Source of the DNA: Promethearchaeota archaeon
Lineage (GTDB): Archaea > Asgardarchaeota > Lokiarchaeia > Sigyniarchaeales > SOKP01
NCBI GenBank assembly: GCA_011364925.1
Contig: RDOA01000006.1
Coordinates: 52,161 to 116,160 of the forward strand
DNA length: 64,000 nucleotides
Direction of reading: 5' to 3'
The notes under the pieces were generated by a model that did not search any database, had not been told where the DNA came from, and saw nothing but the letters and a program-made list of their open reading frames with translations. This document shows positions 39,025 to 49,103 of this stretch, in pieces. A program made the position numbers and the translations under genes. How positions within the stretch are numbered: position 1 is the stretch's first letter; the number at the start of each line of letters is the position of its first letter.

Positions 39025-41544
39025 TTAATCGAAGAGATTGAATGGGGAAATTTGCCGTATTATCTCTCTCATTTTCGTTTCAATTTTATCAGATTCTTTC
39101 TTATAATTAAGATTTAATAGGTTAACCTTTTGAATGACTGCTTCTAAAGAAGGGTTTTCTCGAATATCAAAATAATATTGTAATTGTCCAAATTGGGTTA
39201 ATAAGTCAAAATATTTAGCAGCCCAACCTATAACAACAGTAGGAACGCCATTCTTGTAAGCTTGAATTACTGAATGATATCTTGAAGTAATTAAAAAGTC
39301 AAATTGTTTTGTAACATTTTCTAATTCAATCGAATTTAATTCCTCGACTACAACTTCTACATTCGCATTATTTAGGAATTTATCCTTCAAACTTTTACAG
39401 TAAGCTAAATCTTCATAAGAGTTATATAGAATGTAGACGTTTTTACCTGATTTTAATAAAGTCTGGATGATCGTATAGTACATAGAATCTATGAATTCCC
39501 TATTAGTTCTCGCTAAAACTCTCGCATTAGGAACTACTCCAACCGAATTTTGCTCGATGTTAACCTTTTTCAGTTCAAAATTTTTAGTTATAATATTGGA
39601 AATGTCTTCAAATTTATGAAGTAATACTATATCGTGGCTTATTTTAATATTTTCGTGTGTAAACCTTCTAACACTTCTATAACTATCTTTTTCTCTACAA
39701 TAAATCACTTTTGGGTATCCTAAGTACCACTTTAAAAGAGGATAAAGAAAAATTCTTTCTCTCAATCTGAAATCAAAAGGTCCAATAGCTTGAGGAAATA
39801 TGTAATATGGGATAGAAAATTGTTTAGCCAGAATTATATTGATCAAAAATGGGATCCAAACATATTCCCGGATATCGGAAGACAGCGCAAATCCACTTAA
39901 ATCAATAATAATTGATTTTTTTAAAATGGCTGTCGCTTTTGATCTGAAATTATTAATAAATGAGCTGCTAGAGAGATAATTAAATGGAAATCCCAAAACG
40001 ATAAATTTCTCATTAGTCGTCCAAGGGATTAATTCAATTTTAAAATACTTTCTTTTATCGTTAAATAAATCTTGATAACTATTAGTAAAATTAAAAAAAT
40101 TATAGTGATCTTGCCGTTTTTTGATTTGATCTAATGCGATCAATGTCATTGCTTGAGAACCTTCGTTGAAAAATTTGCCACCAATTATTACAATATTATT
40201 TCTTTTAATTTCGCTAGATTTTATTCTTCTTTTACTTATGAGAAATCCTTTTAATAAAATTAAGGGAGGTAAAATGAATTTACCAGTTTGGTTAATAATT
40301 ACTAATAAAAGTTTCCTAATGCTTTGTAAGTATTCTGTTTTTATTAATTCGTATTTAATTTTTCTTTTTCTATAAATTTCGCCCCATTTAACATACTTTT
40401 GCAATTTCTCTAACTTTTCTTTATCTGAGAGGTTAATTTGATATTCTTCCCCCATTTTTGGGATTAATCCCTTTTCTTTTACTAATACTTTAGAAAAGAT
40501 GAATTGTTCTTTTTCATTTTGTATATTTTGGGACTCCCAGATCTGTTCTATAGGTTCATTTTCAAGATTAAATAAGTAAGAGTATTTCTCAAAAATCATT
40601 TTTCCTTTTTCTGTTCGAATTAAGATATTTGATGTACCTTTTACACCTTGTTTTTTTTTAATGTAACAATCGGCAAATACTATATCAGCGTTAGAATTTG
40701 CTTTATCGAAACAAAACAAACATCTGTTTAATCCAAAATATTTTTTTAAATTTGTTCTGATAGTTTTATCTAATATCAATTTTCTTCCAGAGTTAAAAAT
40801 TATTTTTGAGTTCCCTGGCCAACCATATTTCTCTTTTGTCCGATAGATATATTCTTTTATTATTTCTCTATGCTTAGAATAAATATCCTGCATAAAATGT
40901 AAATAATTGAAATTTAGTGTTGACGAACAAAAAAGTCCCAGAAATAAAATATTATTTGCATCAATTTTGTTCGATGTAATGAATTTCTTTATCCCAGATA
41001 ACTGACACGGAGTTCCGATTATTATTACTTTATCTTTAGAATTTTCATTTAATTTTTTAATAACATTAAAAACTGATGCTGGCAGGTACTTGGATTTAGC
41101 AGATTTAACGATTTTAGGGATTTCGTTGGTTTCTTCTAATCTTACGGGTGAATTTTCAAAAAAGTTAAAATCTAATATAAAAACGCTCTTATATTCATTA
41201 GTTCGTATTAGTTCTTTTATAAGAGTTGTAATTACTCCACCACTGGTGGAGTTAAATCGCAATTTTTTATCTTTAGTATAAGCAGTATAGCTTTCTATAA
41301 TGTTACCTTTGATGATCATATCGATACTTTTCTCTTTTCTAATTTTTTGAGGAATGAGATCAATACCAGGACAATTATCAAGGCATTTTAGGCACTTTAT
41401 GCACTTTTCCTCATCTATTTTGGGTTGAAATATACCTTGTGAAAATTCCATCGATATAGCTTCTTCTGGGCACACAGCAAGACAAATTTCACAAGAAACG
41501 CAGAGATCTAGATTACGGGTCTTTAAAACAGTAGATTCATTCAT
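39025..41544 (-). CDS. Fusion of 2x[4Fe-4S] ferredoxin/FrhB-family domain and polysaccharide pyruvyltransferase-family domain
   Basis: CVSCEIC..VCP, CIKCLKC..NCP, STSGG, GTPCQ, GLFC, then NEG..AM, PQAIGPF, CRE..S, TSRYH. Probable ATG at 41544. Confidence 0.85.
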   Translation of the reverse strand: MNESTVLKTRNLDLCVSCEICLAVCPEEAISMEFSQGIFQPKIDEEKCIKCLKCLDNCPGIDLIPQKIRKEKSIDMIIKGNIIESYTAYTKDKKLRFNSTSGGVITTLIKELIRTNEYKSVFILDFNFFENSPVRLEETNEIPKIVKSAKSKYLPASVFNVIKKLNENSKDKVIIIGTPCQLSGIKKFITSNKIDANNILFLGLFCSSTLNFNYLHFMQDIYSKHREIIKEYIYRTKEKYGWPGNSKIIFNSGRKLILDKTIRTNLKKYFGLNRCLFCFDKANSNADIVFADCYIKKKQGVKGTSNILIRTEKGKMIFEKYSYLFNLENEPIEQIWESQNIQNEKEQFIFSKVLVKEKGLIPKMGEEYQINLSDKEKLEKLQKYVKWGEIYRKRKIKYELIKTEYLQSIRKLLLVIINQTGKFILPPLILLKGFLISKRRIKSSEIKRNNIVIIGGKFFNEGSQAMTLIALDQIKKRQDHYNFFNFTNSYQDLFNDKRKYFKIELIPWTTNEKFIVLGFPFNYLSSSSFINNFRSKATAILKKSIIIDLSGFALSSDIREYVWIPFLINIILAKQFSIPYYIFPQAIGPFDFRLRERIFLYPLLKWYLGYPKVIYCREKDSYRSVRRFTHENIKISHDIVLLHKFEDISNIITKNFELKKVNIEQNSVGVVPNARVLARTNREFIDSMYYTIIQTLLKSGKNVYILYNSYEDLAYCKSLKDKFLNNANVEVVVEELNSIELENVTKQFDFLITSRYHSVIQAYKNGVPTVVIGWAAKYFDLLTQFGQLQYYFDIRENPSLEAVIQKVNLLNLNYKKESDKIETKMREIIRQISPFNLFD

Positions 41545-41788
41545 TGTACTTTTAAATAAAAATTTTACCTCATAGCGATTCTTATTATAGAGAGGTTCTT
41601 CCAAATCTATATTTTGCAAAAGGTATTAAAAAATAAAAACCTTATTTGAAAGCCAAGCTCAATCTAAATAGAAGGAGAATAAATTTTTGAATTATAGGAT
41701 TTAATAAAATAGCGATTAATTATAAGGGAATTAAGTATTTTTTAATCATAGAATATTTTAAAAACCATACATAAAAAGAAGGTTAATC

Positions 41789-42502
41789 ATGAGAGCAATT
41801 ATACTCGCTGGTGGTAAGGGTACGAGATTAAAACCATACACTTATTCTTTGCCAAAACCACTTATGCCAATTGGTGGCGAAATGCCAATTTTAGAGATAA
41901 TTTTAAAACAGTTAAAAGAGCATGGTTTCAATCATATAACAATGGCAGTAAACTATATGGCTAAAATTATTAAAGCATTCTTTGGAGATGGCAGCGATTG
42001 GGGTTTAAAAATAGATTATTCCTTGGAGAAGAAACCGTTGAGCACGATTGGTCCACTAACGGTTATTGATGATTTACCCGAAAATTTCTTAGTAATGAAT
42101 GGAGATATTTTATCTGATATAAATTATCAGGATTTCTTCAATTGGCATTTGGAAGAAGATAACGAAGTCACTGTCGCTACATTTAAACGCAGTTCAAAAA
42201 TTGATTTCGGGGTTCTTAAATATAAAGAAAATCAAGAAATCTTTGAATTCATAGAAAAACCCGAATATAATTTTGATGTTAGTATGGGAATCTATGCAAT
42301 AAAAAGAAGCGTCATCGAAAGTTTACCTAAAAATGAGAAATATGGTTTTGATGAGCTTATGATTGATGGAATTAAAAAAAGATTAAGGATAAAAGCGTAC
42401 CCTCACACTTCATACTGGCTAGATATTGGTCGTAGTGACGATTATGAAGTAGCAAATAAAGATTATGTAAAAAAAAAAGATAAATTCCTAAATTCTCTCT
42501 AA
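41789..42502 (+). CDS. Sugar-1-phosphate nucleotidyltransferase
   Basis: ILAGGKGTRLKPYT..LPKPL, VMNGD, EKP, WLDIGR. Confidence 0.92.
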   Translation: MRAIILAGGKGTRLKPYTYSLPKPLMPIGGEMPILEIILKQLKEHGFNHITMAVNYMAKIIKAFFGDGSDWGLKIDYSLEKKPLSTIGPLTVIDDLPENFLVMNGDILSDINYQDFFNWHLEEDNEVTVATFKRSSKIDFGVLKYKENQEIFEFIEKPEYNFDVSMGIYAIKRSVIESLPKNEKYGFDELMIDGIKKRLRIKAYPHTSYWLDIGRSDDYEVANKDYVKKKDKFLNSL

Positions 42503-42578
42503 AAATCTCTAATATACATATTTAAATTAAGATTAATTCATTATATTATTCTATTTCGAAGAGTTACACTTGTTTAAA

Positions 42579-43574
42579 ATGAATTTAGAAAATAAACGAG
42601 TTTTGGTTACAGGCTCTGACGGTTTTATTGGAAGCCATTTAGTTGAGAGACTTTTAAAAGAAAATTGTAACGTTCGAGCGTTTGTATATTATAATTCTTT
42701 TAACAGTTGGGGTTGGTTAGACACTCTTAGTAAAGAGCAATTGGATCTAATCGAAGTTTTTCCTGGAGATATCAGAGACCCATACGCCGTTCGAGAAGCT
42801 GTTAAGGATGTAGACATTATTTGTCATTTAGCAGCTCTTATTGGAATCCCCTATTCTTATATTGCTCCAGAAAGCTATATCGACACTAACGTGAAAGGTA
42901 CATTAAACATAATTCAAGCAGCTAAGGATTTCAACACGGAGAAAATCATTATTACATCAACTTCTGAAACTTATGGTTCAGCGCTTACAATTCCCATTAC
43001 GGAGGAACACCCATTTCAACCCCAATCGCCATATTCTGCCTCAAAAATCGCTGCAGATCATATTGCTATGAGTTTTTATTATAGTTTCGAACTACCAATA
43101 TCAATTATTAGACCTTTTAATACTTATGGACCGCGGCAATCCGCAAGGGCAATTATTCCCACAATAATTACACAAATTCTAATGAAAAACGAAAAAATAG
43201 AATTAGGAAACTTATATCCTACAAGAGATTTAACATTTGTTCTCGATCTCTGTGAAGCGTATATAAAATTGTGTCAAACAAGTGGAATTGAAGGGCAAAC
43301 GATCAATATTGGAAATTCAAAGGAGATATCAATTCAGGATTTAGCAAACAAAATTAAAGGATTAATGAATTCAAATATCGAAATTGAATCCTCTAATAAC
43401 AGGCTACGACCAGAATCAAGTGAGGTTAATAGATTGTGCGCAGATACTAAAAAGGCTTTTGATTTACTCAATTGGAAACCTAAGGTTTCCTTAACTGAAG
43501 GATTAAAAGCTACTATCAAATGGTTTAGCGAAGAACATAATTTGAAGAAGTACAAATTAATATATAATGTCTGA
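42579..43574 (+). CDS. NDP-HexNAc 4,6-dehydratase, LegB-like
   Basis: TGSDGFIG, YNSFNSWGWLD, HLAALIGIPYSY.AP..Y, TSTSETYG, QSPYSASK, RLRP..SEV.RL. Confidence 0.8.
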   Translation: MNLENKRVLVTGSDGFIGSHLVERLLKENCNVRAFVYYNSFNSWGWLDTLSKEQLDLIEVFPGDIRDPYAVREAVKDVDIICHLAALIGIPYSYIAPESYIDTNVKGTLNIIQAAKDFNTEKIIITSTSETYGSALTIPITEEHPFQPQSPYSASKIAADHIAMSFYYSFELPISIIRPFNTYGPRQSARAIIPTIITQILMKNEKIELGNLYPTRDLTFVLDLCEAYIKLCQTSGIEGQTINIGNSKEISIQDLANKIKGLMNSNIEIESSNNRLRPESSEVNRLCADTKKAFDLLNWKPKVSLTEGLKATIKWFSEEHNLKKYKLIYNV

Positions 43575-43692
43575 TCTCTAAAGCTAGACTATAGACTGAT
43601 GAAAGTTTTAAATTTTAACATTCTATTTACTGAGACCGTATTTAATTGATTGATAAATTTTATCAGAAGCATTTAATTTAAGTAATTCAATA

Positions 43693-45024
43693 ATGCAAAA
43701 ATTAATCTTCTTAGCCTTAGATGGATTAAGTTGGAATATGATCGAAGAATTAATTGCTAATAAGCAATTAACTAATATTAAAGCCTTAATCGACTCAGGC
43801 TCTTCAGCACTTTTAAAAGCTGAGGGTTTTTTAAGCTCTCCAAAAATTTTTTGTTCAATCTTCACTGGTAAAAAAGTGGAAAAGCATGGGATTAGGGATT
43901 TTTACTCGAAAGAAGAAGATTTATGTTCTGAGCAGATTTGGGATATCTTAAACCAAGATGGAATTAAAGTTGGTCTGTATAGACCGTTGAGTGTTTGGTC
44001 TGCTAGAGATTTAGGTGGATTCTGTATACCTAATCCTTTACTATTAGAAAAAGAAACATTTCCTCAAAATTTAAGCTTCATTGGAGAACTTGACAAAAAA
44101 GCTCGATCAGAAAAGTATTCTCTCGCTTTTTTATTAAAATTTTTCTGGAAACTCGTAAAATTTGGCTTTCCATTAGGTGAGTTAAGTAAAATTATTAAAA
44201 GAGGTGTTTTATTGTTTTTTAAAAAAGGATTGGAAGAAAGAATGCACCTCTTAAAAGAAATAGAACTAATTATTCATACAAATTTATATTACAAGTTATT
44301 AAAAAAATATTCTTTACAGTTTACTGTATTTTTTGATTACTCGTTTGATACACTAGGTCATATTTATTGGAGGAAGAAAGGCGAAAAATCGAAGTATTCA
44401 AATATTATACCAAAAACATATAGAATTGTTGATAAGTTTGTAGGAAAAGTAATAAGATACGCAAATGAAAACAAATTTCACTTGATTATTTGCTCCGATC
44501 ACGGTTTTGAAAAAATAGAAAAGAATAATCAAAAAAATTACCGCGCTATTAACATATTAAACCTATTAAGAGAATTAGGGTTTTATTACGATGTATACGG
44601 AATTTATATGACTGAAAGCGTTGTATTTCGTTTACGACCAGATTCGTCTGGTTCGTTTAAAGATTTCGAGAGAGCGTTAAGCATAGTAAAATGTGATGGT
44701 AAAAATCTCTTTATTATAAAATCTTATGAAAAGAAACTTATCGTAAAAATTAACGATATTTTTGGAGATAATGAAAATTTAAAGGTTGAGTTACCGAATA
44801 ATAAAACAGTTGTTTTAGGATCCATAATTGATTTTAATCCTGGACACACTGGCACTCATTCTGAGGATAATGGTGTCTTCATAATTAATGGTCCACAGGT
44901 AAAGAAAGGTATAAAAATTAATGAAATAACTCCATACGATATTACACCTACTATCCTAAAGCTTTATGGAAAAGAAGTGCCTATTGACATTGATGGAAGA
45001 GTATTAGAAGAGGTTTTTAAATAA
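43693..45024 (+). CDS. AlkP-superfamily enzyme (probable Ser nucleophile, cytoplasmic)
   Basis: LALDGL, LSSPKIFCSIFTG, DTLGH, SDHGF, GTH, DITPTIL, DGRVL. Confidence 0.85.
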   Translation: MQKLIFLALDGLSWNMIEELIANKQLTNIKALIDSGSSALLKAEGFLSSPKIFCSIFTGKKVEKHGIRDFYSKEEDLCSEQIWDILNQDGIKVGLYRPLSVWSARDLGGFCIPNPLLLEKETFPQNLSFIGELDKKARSEKYSLAFLLKFFWKLVKFGFPLGELSKIIKRGVLLFFKKGLEERMHLLKEIELIIHTNLYYKLLKKYSLQFTVFFDYSFDTLGHIYWRKKGEKSKYSNIIPKTYRIVDKFVGKVIRYANENKFHLIICSDHGFEKIEKNNQKNYRAINILNLLRELGFYYDVYGIYMTESVVFRLRPDSSGSFKDFERALSIVKCDGKNLFIIKSYEKKLIVKINDIFGDNENLKVELPNNKTVVLGSIIDFNPGHTGTHSEDNGVFIINGPQVKKGIKINEITPYDITPTILKLYGKEVPIDIDGRVLEEVFK

Positions 45025-45034
45025 CTAATAAAAA

Positions 45035-46315
45035 TTATTCGAATATTCTATAAATTGGTCTAGTTCTTCCATCAGTTTGCTTATTCACTAATTCAAAATT
45101 ATTTAAACAGGAGTTACTGATGATAAAGTTTACAAATTGCTCATTATTAAAATTAATATAAGCATTTTTCATAATTGCTTCACGGGGATCATGCGGCTGA
45201 AAATACATAGTATGAACTTTAATTCGGTTTAAAAAATCAATCAATTTTTCGTATAATTCCTTCTCTCGTAAAAAATGATGAAATATATTAAAGGCAAGTA
45301 TGACATCAAACTCCAGTTTTTCTCTTAAATCAAAAATTGATTTATTTATTATTTTAAATGTTTTACCCTCAATATCTCTTAGTTTTTTCATGAAATGGAC
45401 ATTGCTTGGTCTAATTTCAACGGCATAGCAGTCAAATCCTAAATCTTCGAACTTATGGCAGAAATAACCTAAGTTTGCTCCAATATCTAATAGAGATCCC
45501 GGTTCAATTGTAAGATTTTCTCTAATAATTAGAAAACGCTCGTCAGTATAAGATGATTTGAAACTTAAGTCAGGATGAATTAACGGTTGATATAGCTCTC
45601 CGTGAATTGATTGAAATTTTAAAAATTCAGTGCTAAAACTTTTCCATTGCGGGTGCCTTATAACAACTTCAACATCAACATTATCAATCTCTAATAGCAT
45701 TAAGATAGCAATTACAAACAGACCACTAATTAGAACGTACTTTCCAGACTTATTGATTCCAACTTTCACTCTTTCAATATTGTTCAATAATTCAGGATTA
45801 TGGAACCCTTGATCTAATTGATCTAATAGTCTTTTAAATTCAAATTCATTGGAACAATCCCCAACTCGTTGATTGTTTGATAATTTCTTAACTAAACGAC
45901 TATATTCTTGTATTTCATGCCAATTTTCTTTATCAACGAAATGTTTCTTAAGTAAAATGTATTCGTCTTTTTTAGTGATATCTCCTACAATTTCAGCTTT
46001 TTCCCAATCCTTATCGTTTTTTTCTAAATTTGTCATTACACTATCTGATTGGTTTAGAATATATCTCAATCTATTAATCTTGACGTCGTATTTATTGATT
46101 TGGACTTTCTTTAAATCGAAATCCTTATTTTCAATAATCAGTTCAATATACCAAAATTTATCGTATATTTTGTAAATGTAATCCTTAAATTTAGGAACTA
46201 TTTCAAAAATCCTCCACGCATAAAATCTATAAATAGTATCTTTAAGTCCTGGGGCATATGTAAGAAGTTTCCACGCAAAATTGATAAGTTTTGATTTAAG
46301 TTTTGAAATAACCAT
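45035..46315 (-). CDS. Class I SAM methyltransferase with N-terminal degenerate ParB/Srx-like region
   Basis: C-terminal LDIGANLGYF, FNIFHHF. The middle VGINKSG...V.V.VVIRHPQW resembles ParB-like domains. Confidence 0.7.
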   Translation of the reverse strand: MVISKLKSKLINFAWKLLTYAPGLKDTIYRFYAWRIFEIVPKFKDYIYKIYDKFWYIELIIENKDFDLKKVQINKYDVKINRLRYILNQSDSVMTNLEKNDKDWEKAEIVGDITKKDEYILLKKHFVDKENWHEIQEYSRLVKKLSNNQRVGDCSNEFEFKRLLDQLDQGFHNPELLNNIERVKVGINKSGKYVLISGLFVIAILMLLEIDNVDVEVVIRHPQWKSFSTEFLKFQSIHGELYQPLIHPDLSFKSSYTDERFLIIRENLTIEPGSLLDIGANLGYFCHKFEDLGFDCYAVEIRPSNVHFMKKLRDIEGKTFKIINKSIFDLREKLEFDVILAFNIFHHFLREKELYEKLIDFLNRIKVHTMYFQPHDPREAIMKNAYINFNNEQFVNFIISNSCLNNFELVNKQTDGRTRPIYRIFE

Positions 46316-46426
46316 TTTATAATTTTTTACCTTTTGATTGAATTGTCATTAAATTTTTTACTTTCTGTACTTTCATGATCCTATAAAAGAAAGAGATAAT
46401 TTGGAGAGCTCGACATTTTAATTTAG

Positions 46427-47620
46427 TTGTTGATAGTTTTGAAAAGAAAGGAAAAATTAAAAATATTATATCTTTTACAGTTTTTCGTTCCTGCATGGCG
46501 ATTTGGGGGAGTTGTTCAGTTAGCATACAATATAGCAAAAGGAATGGCTCAAAAAGGGCACAAAGTTACAGTATATTCTACAGATGCGTTTGAACCTGGT
46601 CGCAGGATAGAAGAAAAAAGAGACGTAATCGACGGGATTGAAGTTTTTTATTTTAAAAATGTCAATAATTATTTAGCTTCAAAACATCGAATAGTCCAAC
46701 CTAAATCGCTAAAAAAACAATTAAAAAAACACCTAAAAGATTATGACATTATTCACATTTTAGATATCTATTCTATATCAACCCTTTGGGCATATAAACA
46801 ATCTAAAAAATGGAAAGTTCCATTGTTTCTTACAACAAGTGGTGTTTTATCAAATTATTCTCAAAAAACCAAGAAGTATATTAAAAAACTGTTTAATTTT
46901 CAATTAAAAAAAGTGTTAGTCAATGCTGGAGCGGTTATTGTTCAAACCGAATCCGAAAAAAAAGACTGTCAAAAATTCAATATTAAAAATATTAATCTTA
47001 TTAAACCAGGGATTAATCTTAGTGAATTTGATAGTTTACCACCAAGAAATACATTTAGAAAAAAATATAATTTAAAATCGGATGATGTCTGTGTCCTTTT
47101 TCTTGGTAGAATTGAAGAGGTTAAGGGTGTAAGATATTTAATTGAAGCTATGACCGACATTAAAAATACTAAGATATTTTTATTTATTGTGGGATCAGAA
47201 AATGAATTTTTAAATCAATTGCTAAAAAACGTTGAAGATCTTGATGTTAGAAATAAAATAATTGTCACTGGATGGGTCACTGAGGAAGAAAAGTTTGAAG
47301 CGTATATGGGTGCTGATATCTATTGTTTACCATCCATATATGATTGTGCTCCGATTAGTATTCTTGAAGCATGTGCTTGTGGATTACCAATAATTACAAC
47401 TACCTCCAATGGGCTTTTTGAAATAGCCAGAGAAGGTGCAGGTTTAGTTATTAATCCAAATGATAGCAAAACTTTAAGAGAAGCTATATTAGAGTTAGCT
47501 AATAATGAAGATACAAGGAAGAGTTTAGGAAGTAAGAGTAGAGAGATCATTCTAGAAGATTACGATTGGAATGACAAACTAAACGAATTGGAACAGCTTT
47601 ATTATTCTAAATTGGATTAA
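46427..47620 (+). CDS. Glycosyltransferase family 4 (start uncertain)
   Basis: FGG, GHKV.V..TD, FLGRI...KG, PS..D..PISILEA.A.G.P. Confidence 0.9.
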   Translation: MLIVLKRKEKLKILYLLQFFVPAWRFGGVVQLAYNIAKGMAQKGHKVTVYSTDAFEPGRRIEEKRDVIDGIEVFYFKNVNNYLASKHRIVQPKSLKKQLKKHLKDYDIIHILDIYSISTLWAYKQSKKWKVPLFLTTSGVLSNYSQKTKKYIKKLFNFQLKKVLVNAGAVIVQTESEKKDCQKFNIKNINLIKPGINLSEFDSLPPRNTFRKKYNLKSDDVCVLFLGRIEEVKGVRYLIEAMTDIKNTKIFLFIVGSENEFLNQLLKNVEDLDVRNKIIVTGWVTEEEKFEAYMGADIYCLPSIYDCAPISILEACACGLPIITTTSNGLFEIAREGAGLVINPNDSKTLREAILELANNEDTRKSLGSKSREIILEDYDWNDKLNELEQLYYSKLD

Positions 47621-47643
47621 TTCAGAGAAGTGTGCCTTAGTTC

Positions 47644-48852
47644 TCATCTCTTCTCTCTTATTAATTTTAATATGATTTCTTTTAATCGATTTAAGATAAT
47701 TGGCCAAACATATTGTTTTTTGATTAGATTAAAACCTTGTAAGCCGATACTGGTTAATTTATCTTTTTTTCCTACTAATTCGCCAATTTTTTTTATTAAA
47801 TCATTTTGATTCCTCGCAAAAATGACTCCATTATTTTCTCCTATCTCTTTTACCACATTTGGTAAGCTATTTGACAATACAGGTTTTTTCATAGCCATAT
47901 ATTCCATTATTTTTACAGGCGTGATATCTTTTGTAACATTATTAAGAGCAAAACTCATGAGGCAAAGGTCTGAAAGTTCAATATATTCTGTAACTTCAAA
48001 AAAAGGAACTTTACCAGTCATAAATACCCATGCAGCGTCTATTTCCTTGATATAATTTAGTAAATCTTTATAAATTCCTCCATCGCCTACAATTAAAAAT
48101 TTAAGATTTAAGTTTCCACTCTTTACATCGGAATTATAATGATCTATTATCTGTTTTAGACCTGCAAAGTCATACAAGTAACCCATATAGAGAATTACAA
48201 AATCATTTTTTTTAACATCAAGTTCAGATCGAAGGGTGCTAAGTCTTTCAGGATTTACAATTGTATTTTCAAGTGAAATCCCGTTTAAAAGAGTTGTAAC
48301 TTTTTTCGGTGCCACGCCTTCGCTTAAAACATATCGATTGAGAAAATCTGTAACAACTACCACATGATCTGAATTTTTAAATAAAAATCGCGAAATCAGT
48401 TTAGCGAAATATTGAGCGTAAGAAATTGGAACGAGTGTGTGTAAAAGGTCAATATAGTAAAAGATATAGGGAATTCTAAAAATTTTTGCCAGTATTAATC
48501 CAATTAAACCGTTCGTAATTGAAAATCCAATAATTGTTTCAGGGCGATTTTTCCTAATATATTTTAATAGTTCGAAGAAGGTTGTTATAAGTGAAGAGAA
48601 TCTTCTTAAAAAAGGAACCTGAATATGGGCAGGTCTAATGATTGTAACTTTTGAATCCATTACAGCTTTATGAATGTTCTTATAAATTTGTTTTTTTATG
48701 ATTAGAGACCCTAACCGTAAAATTTTATCTATATCATAATCAAATACGGTTATCTGAAAATTATCGTTCGTGGATAATCGTTCAAATATGTGATGCTGTG
48801 TATGCGGTCCTCGAGTTAACCAATCAGTTTCCTGTAATCCAAGTAATTTCAT
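47644..48852 (-). CDS. Glycosyltransferase family 4
   Basis: NG, YMG.L..F.G, VGDG, PVKIMEYMAM.KPV. Confidence 0.88.
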   Translation of the reverse strand: MKLLGLQETDWLTRGPHTQHHIFERLSTNDNFQITVFDYDIDKILRLGSLIIKKQIYKNIHKAVMDSKVTIIRPAHIQVPFLRRFSSLITTFFELLKYIRKNRPETIIGFSITNGLIGLILAKIFRIPYIFYYIDLLHTLVPISYAQYFAKLISRFLFKNSDHVVVVTDFLNRYVLSEGVAPKKVTTLLNGISLENTIVNPERLSTLRSELDVKKNDFVILYMGYLYDFAGLKQIIDHYNSDVKSGNLNLKFLIVGDGGIYKDLLNYIKEIDAAWVFMTGKVPFFEVTEYIELSDLCLMSFALNNVTKDITPVKIMEYMAMKKPVLSNSLPNVVKEIGENNGVIFARNQNDLIKKIGELVGKKDKLTSIGLQGFNLIKKQYVWPIILNRLKEIILKLIREKR

Positions 48853-49103
48853 ACCTTGATCGAATCAAAATAATGTGTTACTTTATTAAAAAAATGCAAT
48901 TTATTTAAAAGTATATACGGTTATCCCAAATCGCAAATAAAATCCGATTGACTACGATGAGATTAAAAACCTAAAATTACTAGAGTCAGATAAACCTAAA
49001 TTCCATTAATTTTAATTTTTAGGATTATTTAATTGAACTAAGTAGCGGTAAAAAATTAACTTGAGACTAAATTATTATTAAGATTTATTAAAGGAGATAA
49101 AAA

